The notes under the pieces: model-generated
Databases searched by the model: none
Seen by the model: the letters and a program-made list of their open reading frames with translations, nothing else
What the model was told of the DNA's origin: nothing
In this document: positions 48,614-57,597 of the stretch, in pieces
Layout: every line of letters begins with the position of its first letter
Numbering within the stretch: position 1 is the first letter of the stretch
DNA from: Myxococcota bacterium
GTDB lineage: Bacteria > Myxococcota_A > UBA9160 > SZUA-336
Length of the DNA stretch: 64,000 nt
Direction of reading: 5' to 3'
Assembly (NCBI GenBank): GCA_965247115.1
Contig: CBDFGR010000002.1
Span: 1,920,001-1,984,000 of the forward strand
Translations under genes and position numbers: made by a program

Positions 48614-50776
48614 GTGCCCTCCCCCTCACAAGCGGTGCACCTGGTCGACGCGCAGCGCCTGCTGTCGCTCTTCAGTCAGGGCATATCGGGTCGGATCTTC
48701 CGTCTCGAGCCACTGGAGGCTCTGCCCGAGAGCTTCCGGCCGGCGGCACTCCCGCTTGCGATGAGCGACGGGCTGTTCGTCTACCTGCCGGAGCAGATTG
48801 GTGAATTCGAGGAGTCGCGCGCCAACCTCGGGCTCTACAGGGTCGCGCTCATGCACCAGCTCGGCTACTTCGAGTTCGGGACCTACGAGTTCGAGCTGGA
48901 GCTCGCGCGCTCGCGCATCCCGGAGCTCCGGTTGCGCGAGGCGAAGAGCACCCTGGTCCGGCCCGGCGAGCTCCAGAAGCTCTTCGACTGCTTCGACGAA
49001 GCTCGCCTCCTGCGCGTGCTCTTCTGTGTCTTCGAGGACTATCGCGTCGACCGTTGTCTCTTCCGCGCGTACCCCGGCCTGCGCGGGGATCTGAATCGCG
49101 CGATGACCCTCGCGCTCGGCCTCCGCGGAGCGCACCCCGTGATCGATGGGGCAGCGTCGCTCCTGGAGGCGCTGGTCCGCTACACGCTCGAGGCACCCGT
49201 GGCTGCCCTGCTGGGGTCGGACCGGACCGGTCTCCTGACGCCCATGCTGGGCGAGCTGGCGCGAGTCCGGGACCCCGGGGCTGACGTCTACGAGAGTGCC
49301 GCTGGGGCGATCGAGTGTCTCGAGCTGCTCCGCGACGCGTTCCAAGAGACGGGCGCGGGACCCTCCCGGTCCGCGCCAGAGGAGACGAGCCTTTCGAGCG
49401 CTCAGCCCGGCGAGTCGGAGTCGGCGCCGTCGCTCGAGGGCATCGAGGCTGACCTGGCGCCGGTCGAGTTCCGCGGCCGGCCAGAGTTCGAGCTGGCCCA
49501 GCTGCGGCTCCGGATCGAGAGCGCCGAGCAGCTGCTCGACACTCTGGCCGAGGCCGGGTCCGCAATCCCGCTGGAGATTCTCCTGCGGCTTGCAGAGGAG
49601 GTAGGCCTCCGACTCGAGGTTGGTGGGCAAGAGAGCCCGGGCGGCCAGGGCCTGCCAGCGGACGAGCTGGCGGGGCCCGCCGCGGACAAGGCAATGCGAA
49701 GCGCGGTGGACGAGCTCGACCTCCGCACGCAGATGGACCGCGCAGCACTGGGGCGCACGTTCGGGCAGGTGAGCCGCGGCGAGCGGAGCTTCCTCATCGA
49801 CGAATGGGATTGCGGCCGGCGCATCTACCTCCGCGGCTGGTGTCGACTGCTCGAAGAGCGGCTCACCGGATCGAACGGTCGCGGGTTCCTCGACGGCGTG
49901 CGGCACCGGCATCGTATTCTGTTCAGTCGCGTGCGCCGCCAGTTCCAGTATGCGAGGCCCGAAGCTTATCAACGCGTCCGCAGGGTGGACGAGGGAGAGG
50001 AGATCGACCTGGACGGCGCGCTCGAGGCACACATCGACCGACGCGCGGGTCTCGCACCGAGCGATCGAGTGTACCTGCGACGGGACAGGGCCCGCCGAGA
50101 GGTCGCCGCCGCCTTCCTCGTGGATCTCTCCGCCTCGACGAGCGAGGCGGTTCTCGACCCGGCTGCCGGGCCGCCGGAGGAGCCATCCGACGACTACCTC
50201 TGGGGCATCCACGATCCGCCAGAGCAGGAGCGAGAGCCGCCCCGGTGCGTACTCGACATCGAGAAGGAGGCGCTTGCGTTGATGGTGCAAGCGCTCGAGA
50301 CCCTTGGAGATGCGTACGGCATCTTCGGCTTCTCGGGCCACGGCCGCCGCAACGTCGAGTACCACGTTGCCAAGGAGTTCGGAGACCCCCTCAGCCTCTC
50401 GGTCTGGAACGCGATCGCCGCGATGCGCCCGCGGGGCTACACCCGGATGGGACCGGCGATCCGCCACACCATCCAGAAGCTCAGTCGGCAGGACGAGACC
50501 CGCAAGGTACTCCTGTTGCTGAGCGACGGCTTTCCACAGGACACGGACTACGGCCCCGACCGAAACGATCTCGAGTACGGCATCCAGGACACGGCGCAGG
50601 CGCTGGCAGAAGCCGAGCAGGCCGGCATCCAGACCTTCTGCGTCACGGTCGACCGCGCCGGCCACGACTACCTGAGAAGAATGTGTCCGGACCAGCAGTA
50701 CCTCATCATCGACGAAGTCGAATCACTCCCCGCCGAGCTAGGCAAGATCTACCGCACTCTCACTCGGATGTCCTAG
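48614..50776 (+). CDS. CbbO/NorD-like VWA domain partner
   Basis: DEWD, GEEIDLD, MIDAS DLSAS..GYTRMG..LSDG, YGIQDT. Confidence 0.9.
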   Translation: MPSPSQAVHLVDAQRLLSLFSQGISGRIFRLEPLEALPESFRPAALPLAMSDGLFVYLPEQIGEFEESRANLGLYRVALMHQLGYFEFGTYEFELELARSRIPELRLREAKSTLVRPGELQKLFDCFDEARLLRVLFCVFEDYRVDRCLFRAYPGLRGDLNRAMTLALGLRGAHPVIDGAASLLEALVRYTLEAPVAALLGSDRTGLLTPMLGELARVRDPGADVYESAAGAIECLELLRDAFQETGAGPSRSAPEETSLSSAQPGESESAPSLEGIEADLAPVEFRGRPEFELAQLRLRIESAEQLLDTLAEAGSAIPLEILLRLAEEVGLRLEVGGQESPGGQGLPADELAGPAADKAMRSAVDELDLRTQMDRAALGRTFGQVSRGERSFLIDEWDCGRRIYLRGWCRLLEERLTGSNGRGFLDGVRHRHRILFSRVRRQFQYARPEAYQRVRRVDEGEEIDLDGALEAHIDRRAGLAPSDRVYLRRDRARREVAAAFLVDLSASTSEAVLDPAAGPPEEPSDDYLWGIHDPPEQEREPPRCVLDIEKEALALMVQALETLGDAYGIFGFSGHGRRNVEYHVAKEFGDPLSLSVWNAIAAMRPRGYTRMGPAIRHTIQKLSRQDETRKVLLLLSDGFPQDTDYGPDRNDLEYGIQDTAQALAEAEQAGIQTFCVTVDRAGHDYLRRMCPDQQYLIIDEVESLPAELGKIYRTLTRMS

Positions 50777-50807
50777 TGCTTCCCCACGCTCGAGCAACCG
50801 CGCCTCT

Positions 50808-50844
50808 CTGTGACGCCGGGTCAACCCGAGTGGCACCGTCACGG
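50808..50844. terminator. Hairpin between convergent genes (CTGTGACG..CGTCACGG)
   Basis: 8-bp stem with one G-U pair and inner CGGGT/ACCCG stem; no U-tract. Confidence 0.4.
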
Positions 50845-50856
50845 GGCGCCTGCGAG

Positions 50857-51673
50857 TCATACGCTCCGCTTTGAGTTCCACTCTCCCCGGGGAGAGTGGT
50901 CTTGCCGTGCGAATCGCGCCATGTACTCAGCCCCATAGTCCTGCACCGCCGCGTAGTGGTTGTGCCCCCGACAGCGCAGCTCGATACGGTCGATCGAGTG
51001 CCGCTTCGCCCTGGCCCACGGGTCCCGATGATGGAACTCGAGAAAGTCGCGTGAGCTGCAGCGGCGGCCGTTCGCCCCGACGAATGCACAGCGACCGTCG
51101 TCCCGCGCAACGACTGCCCGCTTGATCTCCGCCGGTATGTGGAACCGGAGTCGAGACGGCCGATTCGCGACTCGACCTCTCGCATGGCGGACCACCGGTC
51201 TCAGGGGGTGTCAGGATCGTAACTGCCGGCCTGGACTCTCGGAGCTTTCTCACCCGCGCCGGCACGTCAGGTTTCGGTGCGCGATCGGCGAGGATCACTT
51301 CGATCGCACGCCTGCTCTTGTGGCGTGCTAGGTCGAGCAACTCCACGTGGTTCTCCGGATTGAGCGCAGGCGCGAGCAGGTTCGCTCCTGACAGGTGAAT
51401 CGCGCCCTCACAAATCCGCTCGAGCAGAAGAGGGTATGCACGCGCAGCCCGCGCGACGCGAATCCGGCGAAAGGCTGTTGCTTCCGAGAAGTGGAGAACT
51501 TCGGTGCAGTAGCGAAACATGCAGGAGCAGCCCTGTTCGAGATAGAGCTCGCGCCGATCGACCTCCGCAAGATACGCGATCAGATCCGCCTCGTTCTGGC
51601 GGCTCGTTGCCACGAGCTCGTCGAGTCCTCGCAGCAGCTTGTGATTTGAAACGGTCTTCAGAGAGATATTCAT
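50857..51673 (-). pseudogene. HNH endonuclease with DUF222-like N-terminus, split across two frames
   Basis: N-terminal frame LAEVDRRELYL..GCSCMFRYC..LHFSE..RRIRVAR; C-terminal frame HIPAEIKRAV..RDDGRC..C..LEFHH..LRCRGHN; frame switch near 51142. Confidence 0.8.
50878..50899. repeat. Perfect 22-bp palindrome CCACTCTCCCCGGGGAGAGTGG at the 3' end of the HNH gene
   Basis: Read directly from the sequence. Confidence 0.9.
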
Positions 51674-51712
51674 CGTGTGGTTCGTTCGGGACCGAGAAGA
51701 AGTGAGGTCCCA

Positions 51713-51740
51713 ACTATAGCGCGACGTATTTCAGTGTCAG
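51713..51740 (-). promoter_or_regulatory. Sigma70-like promoter of the HNH gene (CTGACA-N16-TATAGT)
   Basis: Minus-strand hexamers, each one mismatch from consensus, about 40 nt upstream of ATG 51673. Confidence 0.55.
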
Positions 51741-51903
51741 AGGATGCGCTGTGCGGACTGATCGAGCGCAACAGAGACTTCGAGAATCGAATTCGCACGA
51801 ACGAGTAGCAGAGAGGCGTGACTGTCTCGAGCGGCAGAGTTACGGCACAGAACTCGGTTCGACTCGTTCGAGTTCTCAAGACCTGTCAAGAGCTGTTGTG
51901 TTT

Positions 51904-51925
51904 TTTCTTGAGACTTCTCAAGAAA
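51904..51925. repeat. AT-rich inverted repeat TTTCTTGAGA-CT-TCTCAAGAAA
   Basis: 10-bp perfect arms, 5 nt from the stop of the DUF427 gene. Confidence 0.8.
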
Positions 51926-51930
51926 CCTGC

Positions 51931-52485
51931 TCACCAGTCCTCCGAGCCGGGGCTGCCTTTGAAGGGGCCGACCAGCTCGGGTGTCAGCCAGCCGCCGTAG
52001 AAGCGGCCGGGTTGGGGGTCGACATGCGTGTTGTCGACGAAGCACGCGACGCGGGCTGGGTAGAAGCAGAGGTGGTCGTGGAGGGCTGCGTACTCGGGAA
52101 AGGGATCGGGGTAGTCCCACGCAACGTTCTCGAGGAACCGATCGCGCAGGCGAACCGACCAGTAGCGCGCCAGGCCCTTCCACTCGCAGGCGGAGCTCTC
52201 TGTACTGGCTTCGAACCGCTCGAAGCGCACATCTGCGGCGGGAACGTAGAAGGCTGGGGGGCTCGCGGTCTCGAGCACGCGGAGGGCGCGCTTGGTCTCC
52301 GCCAGCAGCACGTTGTCTGCGCGCACGACGATCCGGCGCTCGTCCGGCCGGATCTCCGGCGGGCGAGGGTAGTCCCAGACGGATTCCTGACCGGGTCCGG
52401 GAGCCTGCGCGAACGGCGGACGCTCTTGCCCGCGGTGGTGCCACACCGTGCGTCGCTCCGCTGCCCAGCGAGGGAGATCGGTCAA
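51931..52485 (-). CDS. DUF427 family protein (long form)
   Basis: ESVWDYPRPP, VLETASPPAFY, CEWKGLARY, GRFYGGWLT..GPFKG. Confidence 0.88.
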   Translation of the reverse strand: MTDLPRWAAERRTVWHHRGQERPPFAQAPGPGQESVWDYPRPPEIRPDERRIVVRADNVLLAETKRALRVLETASPPAFYVPAADVRFERFEASTESSACEWKGLARYWSVRLRDRFLENVAWDYPDPFPEYAALHDHLCFYPARVACFVDNTHVDPQPGRFYGGWLTPELVGPFKGSPGSEDW

Positions 52486-52555
52486 CGGACCCCCTTTTCA
52501 GACCCAACCGAATACTACGCTGCTTGGGGTATGCCTACGTGGACCGGCGCGAGCT

Positions 52556-53329
52556 CTAGCCTCGTGAGTCGAGGTATGCGTCTATCAGCTCGATCAGGCG
52601 CTCTCGCCCGAAGCTCGTGTCGTGACCGGCGTGCACTACGGACACGGGCAACTCCCGCAGTCGCTTCATGGTCCGGATGTAGTCCGCGATGTCGCTGTCT
52701 GGCAGGTTGTCGAGCAGTGGTCCGTCGTAGACGGCGTCTCCAGAGAAGAGGATCCCGCTCGCTGCCTCCCAGAGCCCGAGACTTCCCGGGGAGTGGCCGG
52801 GTAGGTGCAGCACCTCGAAGCTCCGGTCGCCGAGGTCGACAACGTCCCCCTCGTCGAGGGAGCGCGTCGGCGTCGCAGGGATCGTCTCGAAGTCGGCGGG
52901 GTCGTACCCCGCGTGCGGCAGCGCGTCGATCAACATGTCCTGCTCGATCGGATAGCCGGCGTCTGCGAGCTGCTCGAGGATGAAGTCCGGAAATAGCGAG
53001 GTCACGAGCGGGTTGAACTCGTCGTACGGGTTCATGCGAGGCGCCTCTATGCGGTGCATCCAGCGCTCCTCGAACTCGTGCAGACCGCCGACGTGGTCGT
53101 AGTGGATGTGTGTCGCGACGGCGGCGAGCGGCTTCTCGATCAGGTCCGCGATCTCGCTTCGCAGGGGGGCGACCCCGAGCCCGGTATCGACCAGGAGGTC
53201 CCGGTCGCGACCGCGCAGGTGCCAGATGTTGCAGCGGAGCAGCGGATGCACGTGCGGCTCCCAGAGTAGCGTGAGTCCGTCATCCATCGTCTTCCGCTCA
53301 AACCAGCGGCTCGCCACACGCAGCATCAT
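52556..53329 (-). CDS. MBL-fold metallo-hydrolase
   Basis: DTG, THIHYDHVGG, PGHSPG, FSGD, HAGH. Confidence 0.9.
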   Translation of the reverse strand: MMLRVASRWFERKTMDDGLTLLWEPHVHPLLRCNIWHLRGRDRDLLVDTGLGVAPLRSEIADLIEKPLAAVATHIHYDHVGGLHEFEERWMHRIEAPRMNPYDEFNPLVTSLFPDFILEQLADAGYPIEQDMLIDALPHAGYDPADFETIPATPTRSLDEGDVVDLGDRSFEVLHLPGHSPGSLGLWEAASGILFSGDAVYDGPLLDNLPDSDIADYIRTMKRLRELPVSVVHAGHDTSFGRERLIELIDAYLDSRG

Positions 53330-53611
53330 CTACTCGACGACCACGCCCCTCCAGAAGGCGACGTGATCCTTGATCTGTGCGGCCGCGTCCTTCGGATCGG
53401 GATAGAACCAGGCCGCGTCCTCGTTGCGCTCGTCGCCCCGTTCGAGCGAATAGTAGCTCGCGGTCCCTTTCCACGGACAGACGCTTGTCGTCTCGCTCGG
53501 CACCAGGAACTGCTTCTTCACTGCCTCCGGCGGGAAGTAGTGGTTCCCTTCGACTACCACGGTCCGATCGCTCTCGGCGACGACGACGTCGTTCCAGATG
53601 GCTCTCGACAT
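53330..53611 (-). CDS. DUF427 family protein (short form)
   Basis: VEGNHYFP, CPWKGTASYY, DAAWFYPDPK..IKDHVAFW. Confidence 0.92.
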   Translation of the reverse strand: MSRAIWNDVVVAESDRTVVVEGNHYFPPEAVKKQFLVPSETTSVCPWKGTASYYSLERGDERNEDAAWFYPDPKDAAAQIKDHVAFWRGVVVE

Positions 53612-53739
53612 TGTGCTCCTCCGCAGACGGTTCTATCGCACGCAGGAATGGAGTACAACGCTCCTTCGAGCGGACCTAGGCTCGGCCGAGCTGGTACGAT
53701 CTTCGCGCGATCGGACGCTCGACGCTGAAGAGGCACGCC

Positions 53740-56277
53740 GTGCAGGCCCTGGATGACGTAGTTGTATTGGATCTGACGCAGCACATCGCAGGGCCTTACG
53801 CCACCAGGCTGCTCGCGGACCTGGGGGCCGACGTGATCAAGGTCGAGCCGTCCCGGGGGGACCTGTCCCGGCAGCTCGGTCCGTTCGCAAAGGACGAGCC
53901 GCACCCGGAGAAGAGCGGGCTCTTCTTCTATCTGAACTGCAACAAACGCTCGGTCGCGCTGGATCTGAAGACCGAGGCAGGACGCCGCGATCTGCTGGCG
54001 CTGGCCGCGCGCGCCGACCTGGTCGTGGAGAGCTTTGCACCCGGCACACTCGACGGGCTCGGATTGGGCTGGGAAGAGCTGCGGCGCCTCCGCTCGGATC
54101 TGTCGCTGGTGTCGATCTCGAACTTCGGACAGGACGGCCCGTACCGCGACTACAAGCTGACGGACCTCGTGCTATACGGTTTTGCGGGGGAGATGTACTC
54201 GATGGGGCTCGGAGACCGCGAGCCCGTGAAGATGGCGGGCACGGCGGCTCTCATCGAGTCCGGCTCGGCGTCCGCCACCGCCGCCCTCGGTGCTCTGTTC
54301 TCTTCGCGGCGCCACGGAGTCGGGCAACACGTGGACGTCTCCCTGGCCGAGACCCACCTTGGCGGCTGCGATCGTCGCCACGCGACCACGACCGCCTACC
54401 AGTTCAGCGGTCGGCGCACACAGCGCACGGCAGACAGCGCGATCGGGCTGCCTGGAGGGATCTACGCCTGCGCGGACGGCTACGTGGACTTCACCGCTGC
54501 GGGGTTTCGCCCGGACCGGGTGGTTGATCTGTTGCAGGGTGCCGACTGGCTCGCGGATCCACGCTTCGGCGATCCGGAGGAGCTCATCAAGCCCGAGGTG
54601 AAGGCAGACTGGAACTCGCACTTCAACGAGTGGTGCATGGCGCGCGCGAAGCGCGAGATCTGGGCAGAGGCGCGCCGGGCAAGGGTCCTGTGCGGGCCGC
54701 TCTTTACCATGCAGGACCTGTTCGAAGACGAGCACTTCCTCGGGCGCGGCTACTGGGCGAGCATCGAGCACCCCGAGCTCGGGCGCGTAACGCTGCCGGG
54801 CAGGCCGTTTCGGCTGGCGAGCGGAGGCTGGGAGCTGCGGCGCCCGGCTCCCCTGCTGGGCCAGCACACGGAGGAGGTGCTGGACGAGCTCGCTCGCAGT
54901 CCGGCTCCGAGAGCTCCGGCACCTCGACCCGCAGTCCGTCGAGCGAGCGGCGAAGCGCCGCGTCCGCTCGAGGGTATACGCGTGCTCGACTTCTGCGTTG
55001 CCTGGGCGGGGCCGTTCGCGACCATGCTGCTGGCCGACTTGGGAGCAGAAGTGATCAAGCCCGAGAACCAGTTCGTGTGGCAGCCGATGACGCGCGGCGG
55101 CTCGGCTCGTCCCGCAAAGCAGATGCTGCGCCACGCGAACGCCTGGGGAGGCGGCTATCCGAACAACGAGCCAGGTGAGCGGCCCTGGAACTACAGTCCC
55201 ACGTTCGTCTCGATCTTTCGCAACAAGAAGAGCTTCACCGTCGACCTGCGGCGTCCAGAGGGCCTCGACGTGCTGGCACAGCTGGTCGCTAAGTCCGACG
55301 TGGTGTACGAGAACAATGCCACGGGCACGTTAGACAAGCTCGGCATCAGCTACGACTGGCTGCGCGCGGCCAACCCGTCCATCATCTTCGCGCAGGTCCC
55401 AGGCTACGGGAGCACGGGCGCGTACGCCGAGGCGCGCGCTCTTGGCGTCCACCTGGAAGGCGTCATGGGCCACACTATGCTGCGTGGCTACGAGGACGCC
55501 GATCCGTCGACCACCAGCACGATCTTCTCGGGCGACTACTTTGCGGGCACGCAGGGGGCGCTTGCCGTCATGGCGGCGCTTCGTCACCGGGAGCGTACGG
55601 GCGAGGGTCAGCGGATCGAGATGGCCCAGGCCGAGAATGCCGCTGCGATGTTCACCCAGGCGATCATGGATTACAGCTTGAATGGGCGCGTGCAGCGCAC
55701 AATCGGCAATCGCGATGTCCACGGTCGGTACCCGTGTGGTGTGTATCCTGCGCGCTCCGCAGGAACGTCCGAGACCATGGACGACCACTGGATCACATTA
55801 CACGTCGAGAATGACGAGCAATGGCGCGCTTTCGGAGTCGCGATCGGCAACCCGAAATGGGCCAGGGACCCGCGCTTTGCGAGCAACGAGGGCAGGGCGG
55901 AGCATGCCGCTGAACTCGATGCGGAGCTCGCCGCCTACACTTCTCTGCACGCCGACTACGAGCTGATGACGCGCCTGCAGAGCGCGGGCGTGCCTGCAGC
56001 CCCGGTGCTCGAGGCATCACGCATCTTCGACGATCCGCACCTGCGCGCCCGCGGCTTCTTTCACAAGCAGACCGTCGCGGGCGCCGGCACGCACGACTAC
56101 CCCGGCCCGCTCTGGAAGTTCGGCGCTACACCGGTCGAGTTCCGCCAGCCGCCGGTATGCTTCGGCGAGCACAACGACTACGTGTACCGCGAGCTGCTGG
56201 GCCTGAGTGAGCAGGAGATCGGCAAGCTCACGGCCGCCGGCCACATCGCAGACGAGTACGACGAGAGCGTCCCCTAG
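53740..56277 (+). CDS. Family III (CaiB/BaiF) CoA transferase, tandem double domain
   Basis: Two copies of LD....AGP....LLADLGA.VIK.E and NK(R/K)S...DL; catalytic-type Asp (SGDY) seen only in the second domain. Confidence 0.92.
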   Translation: MQALDDVVVLDLTQHIAGPYATRLLADLGADVIKVEPSRGDLSRQLGPFAKDEPHPEKSGLFFYLNCNKRSVALDLKTEAGRRDLLALAARADLVVESFAPGTLDGLGLGWEELRRLRSDLSLVSISNFGQDGPYRDYKLTDLVLYGFAGEMYSMGLGDREPVKMAGTAALIESGSASATAALGALFSSRRHGVGQHVDVSLAETHLGGCDRRHATTTAYQFSGRRTQRTADSAIGLPGGIYACADGYVDFTAAGFRPDRVVDLLQGADWLADPRFGDPEELIKPEVKADWNSHFNEWCMARAKREIWAEARRARVLCGPLFTMQDLFEDEHFLGRGYWASIEHPELGRVTLPGRPFRLASGGWELRRPAPLLGQHTEEVLDELARSPAPRAPAPRPAVRRASGEAPRPLEGIRVLDFCVAWAGPFATMLLADLGAEVIKPENQFVWQPMTRGGSARPAKQMLRHANAWGGGYPNNEPGERPWNYSPTFVSIFRNKKSFTVDLRRPEGLDVLAQLVAKSDVVYENNATGTLDKLGISYDWLRAANPSIIFAQVPGYGSTGAYAEARALGVHLEGVMGHTMLRGYEDADPSTTSTIFSGDYFAGTQGALAVMAALRHRERTGEGQRIEMAQAENAAAMFTQAIMDYSLNGRVQRTIGNRDVHGRYPCGVYPARSAGTSETMDDHWITLHVENDEQWRAFGVAIGNPKWARDPRFASNEGRAEHAAELDAELAAYTSLHADYELMTRLQSAGVPAAPVLEASRIFDDPHLRARGFFHKQTVAGAGTHDYPGPLWKFGATPVEFRQPPVCFGEHNDYVYRELLGLSEQEIGKLTAAGHIADEYDESVP

Positions 56278-56287
56278 CGAGCTCTGG

Positions 56288-56315
56288 TCAAGCGACGGCG
56301 CCTCGATCCCGAAGG
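56288..56315 (+). promoter_or_regulatory. Sigma28-like promoter upstream of the HAMP/pilin genes
   Basis: TCAAG-N15-CCCGAAGG. Confidence 0.35.
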
Positions 56316-56406
56316 TGACAAGAGGCGAGGGGTGCGCCGCCACGAACTCTCGCCTCCACAGGCGGCCAAGTACGCAGGCGGCGGCTAGCTCGGTGGGAGG
56401 ACGCAG

Positions 56407-57006
56407 ATGCTGAGACGACCCTGGCGACTGGTTCATCCGTTCCAGCGCAGATACGCAGCCTGGATCGGGGCGATCCTCTTTTCCTACTCGATCGTGGTCT
56501 TTGGCCTGGCCCTCATGGCGCCCTACATCGTCCCTGCGTTCAAGCTGTCCTCGTCGCTACCTCTGGAGGCGCGTCTGCATGCTGCCGACCAGTTCCTGTT
56601 CCTGGCCGAGACCCTGTGGCCGGCGCTGCTGGGCCTGATCCTGGGCTCGGTCGTTTTCGCGGTATTCGTCACCAATCGCCTCGCAGGACCCCTGTACCGA
56701 CTCCATCAGTTCGTTCAGCAAGTCGAGGCTGGAGATCTCTCCCAGCGGGTGTCGCTGCGCAAGGGCGACGAGCTGCTCGATCTGGCGCAGCACATAAACG
56801 CATGCGTGAATCGTTTCGACACGACCTTGCTGGAGATTCGAACGCGCGCGGGGCAGATCCAGGAGGGCCTGCAACAGGCTGTCTCGGCCCTGCAGGCGCA
56901 AGACGGATCGCCACCCGCCTGGCTCCCGTCCCTCGAGGCCGCGCAGAAGGACGCGAGCAGCGTGGAGGAACTTCTCTCCGTCGTCCAGCTCTCGGAATCC
57001 CGCTAG
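56407..57006 (+). CDS. Two-TM HAMP domain protein
   Basis: Two TM helices then TNRLAGPLYRL..GDLS..LRKGDEL..LA..IN and a coiled coil. Confidence 0.8.
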   Translation: MLRRPWRLVHPFQRRYAAWIGAILFSYSIVVFGLALMAPYIVPAFKLSSSLPLEARLHAADQFLFLAETLWPALLGLILGSVVFAVFVTNRLAGPLYRLHQFVQQVEAGDLSQRVSLRKGDELLDLAQHINACVNRFDTTLLEIRTRAGQIQEGLQQAVSALQAQDGSPPAWLPSLEAAQKDASSVEELLSVVQLSESR

Positions 57007-57015
57007 GCGAACACC

Positions 57016-57486
57016 GTGGTGCCGGAGTGCACGAAGGCTCGCCTGCGGAGCGAACGCGGTGTCACCCTCGTAGAGCTCGTCATCGCCGTGGCCGTCATCG
57101 GTGTGCTCGCCACGATGGCGATCGGCGGCTTCGGACGCTTCGTCCGCCAGGCCCGGGGCGTAGAGGGAGAGGCAGCCATGATGGAGGTCTGGAAGCTTCA
57201 GAACGGCTTTCAGCGCGAGCTCGGTCAGTACGCGCCAAACTTCACGTCAATCGGGTATGCCAGGGTCGACCAGCTGAGCTTCTACACGGTTTCCATGGCT
57301 CCGGGAGCACCTGGCTCCGGAGTGGCCTACGACGCGACCGCCGCTCCCATGCCTGGCTGGGACCTCCGCACCTGGAATCTCACGCAGTACCAGGATGGCG
57401 ACTGGATGCTGACACACTCCGGCGACCCAGGCACTGCGGTCGCCGGCAACAGAGGTAGGGGTAGCGGAAGGGGTAACAGAAGGTAG
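57016..57486 (+). CDS. Type IV pilin-like protein
   Basis: Prepilin site RG|VTLVELVIAVAVIGVLA with Glu5; Val rather than Phe at +1. Confidence 0.85.
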   Translation: MVPECTKARLRSERGVTLVELVIAVAVIGVLATMAIGGFGRFVRQARGVEGEAAMMEVWKLQNGFQRELGQYAPNFTSIGYARVDQLSFYTVSMAPGAPGSGVAYDATAAPMPGWDLRTWNLTQYQDGDWMLTHSGDPGTAVAGNRGRGSGRGNRR

Positions 57487-57597
57487 CTGCGGCGATCTCC
57501 TCGGCCTCCGACTGGACTTCGGCTCTCGCCTGGGCGTCTAATGGCAGCCTGAGGGGAAGAGGAACCCGAGTCCGCAACGCCCGAAGGAGGATCGCTG

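Noticed and set aside
48626..50665. Long antisense or alternate-frame ORFs (also 11990-13567, 12517-14277, 46897-48441, 51751-52983, 61542-62849)
   Set aside because: Shadow ORFs typical of high-GC codon usage; no recognisable motifs and they overlap well-supported genes
47713..50776. Evidence for Calvin cycle or denitrification
   Set aside because: No Rubisco or nor/nir genes in the window
50857..51930. IscB/HEARO (OMEGA) system
   Set aside because: No PLMP or RuvC motifs are visible; the protein is a different HNH family
57514..57590. Riboswitch-like alternative pairings upstream of the LLM gene
   Set aside because: Only 5-6-bp GC-rich stems, expected by chance; no recognisable aptamer consensus
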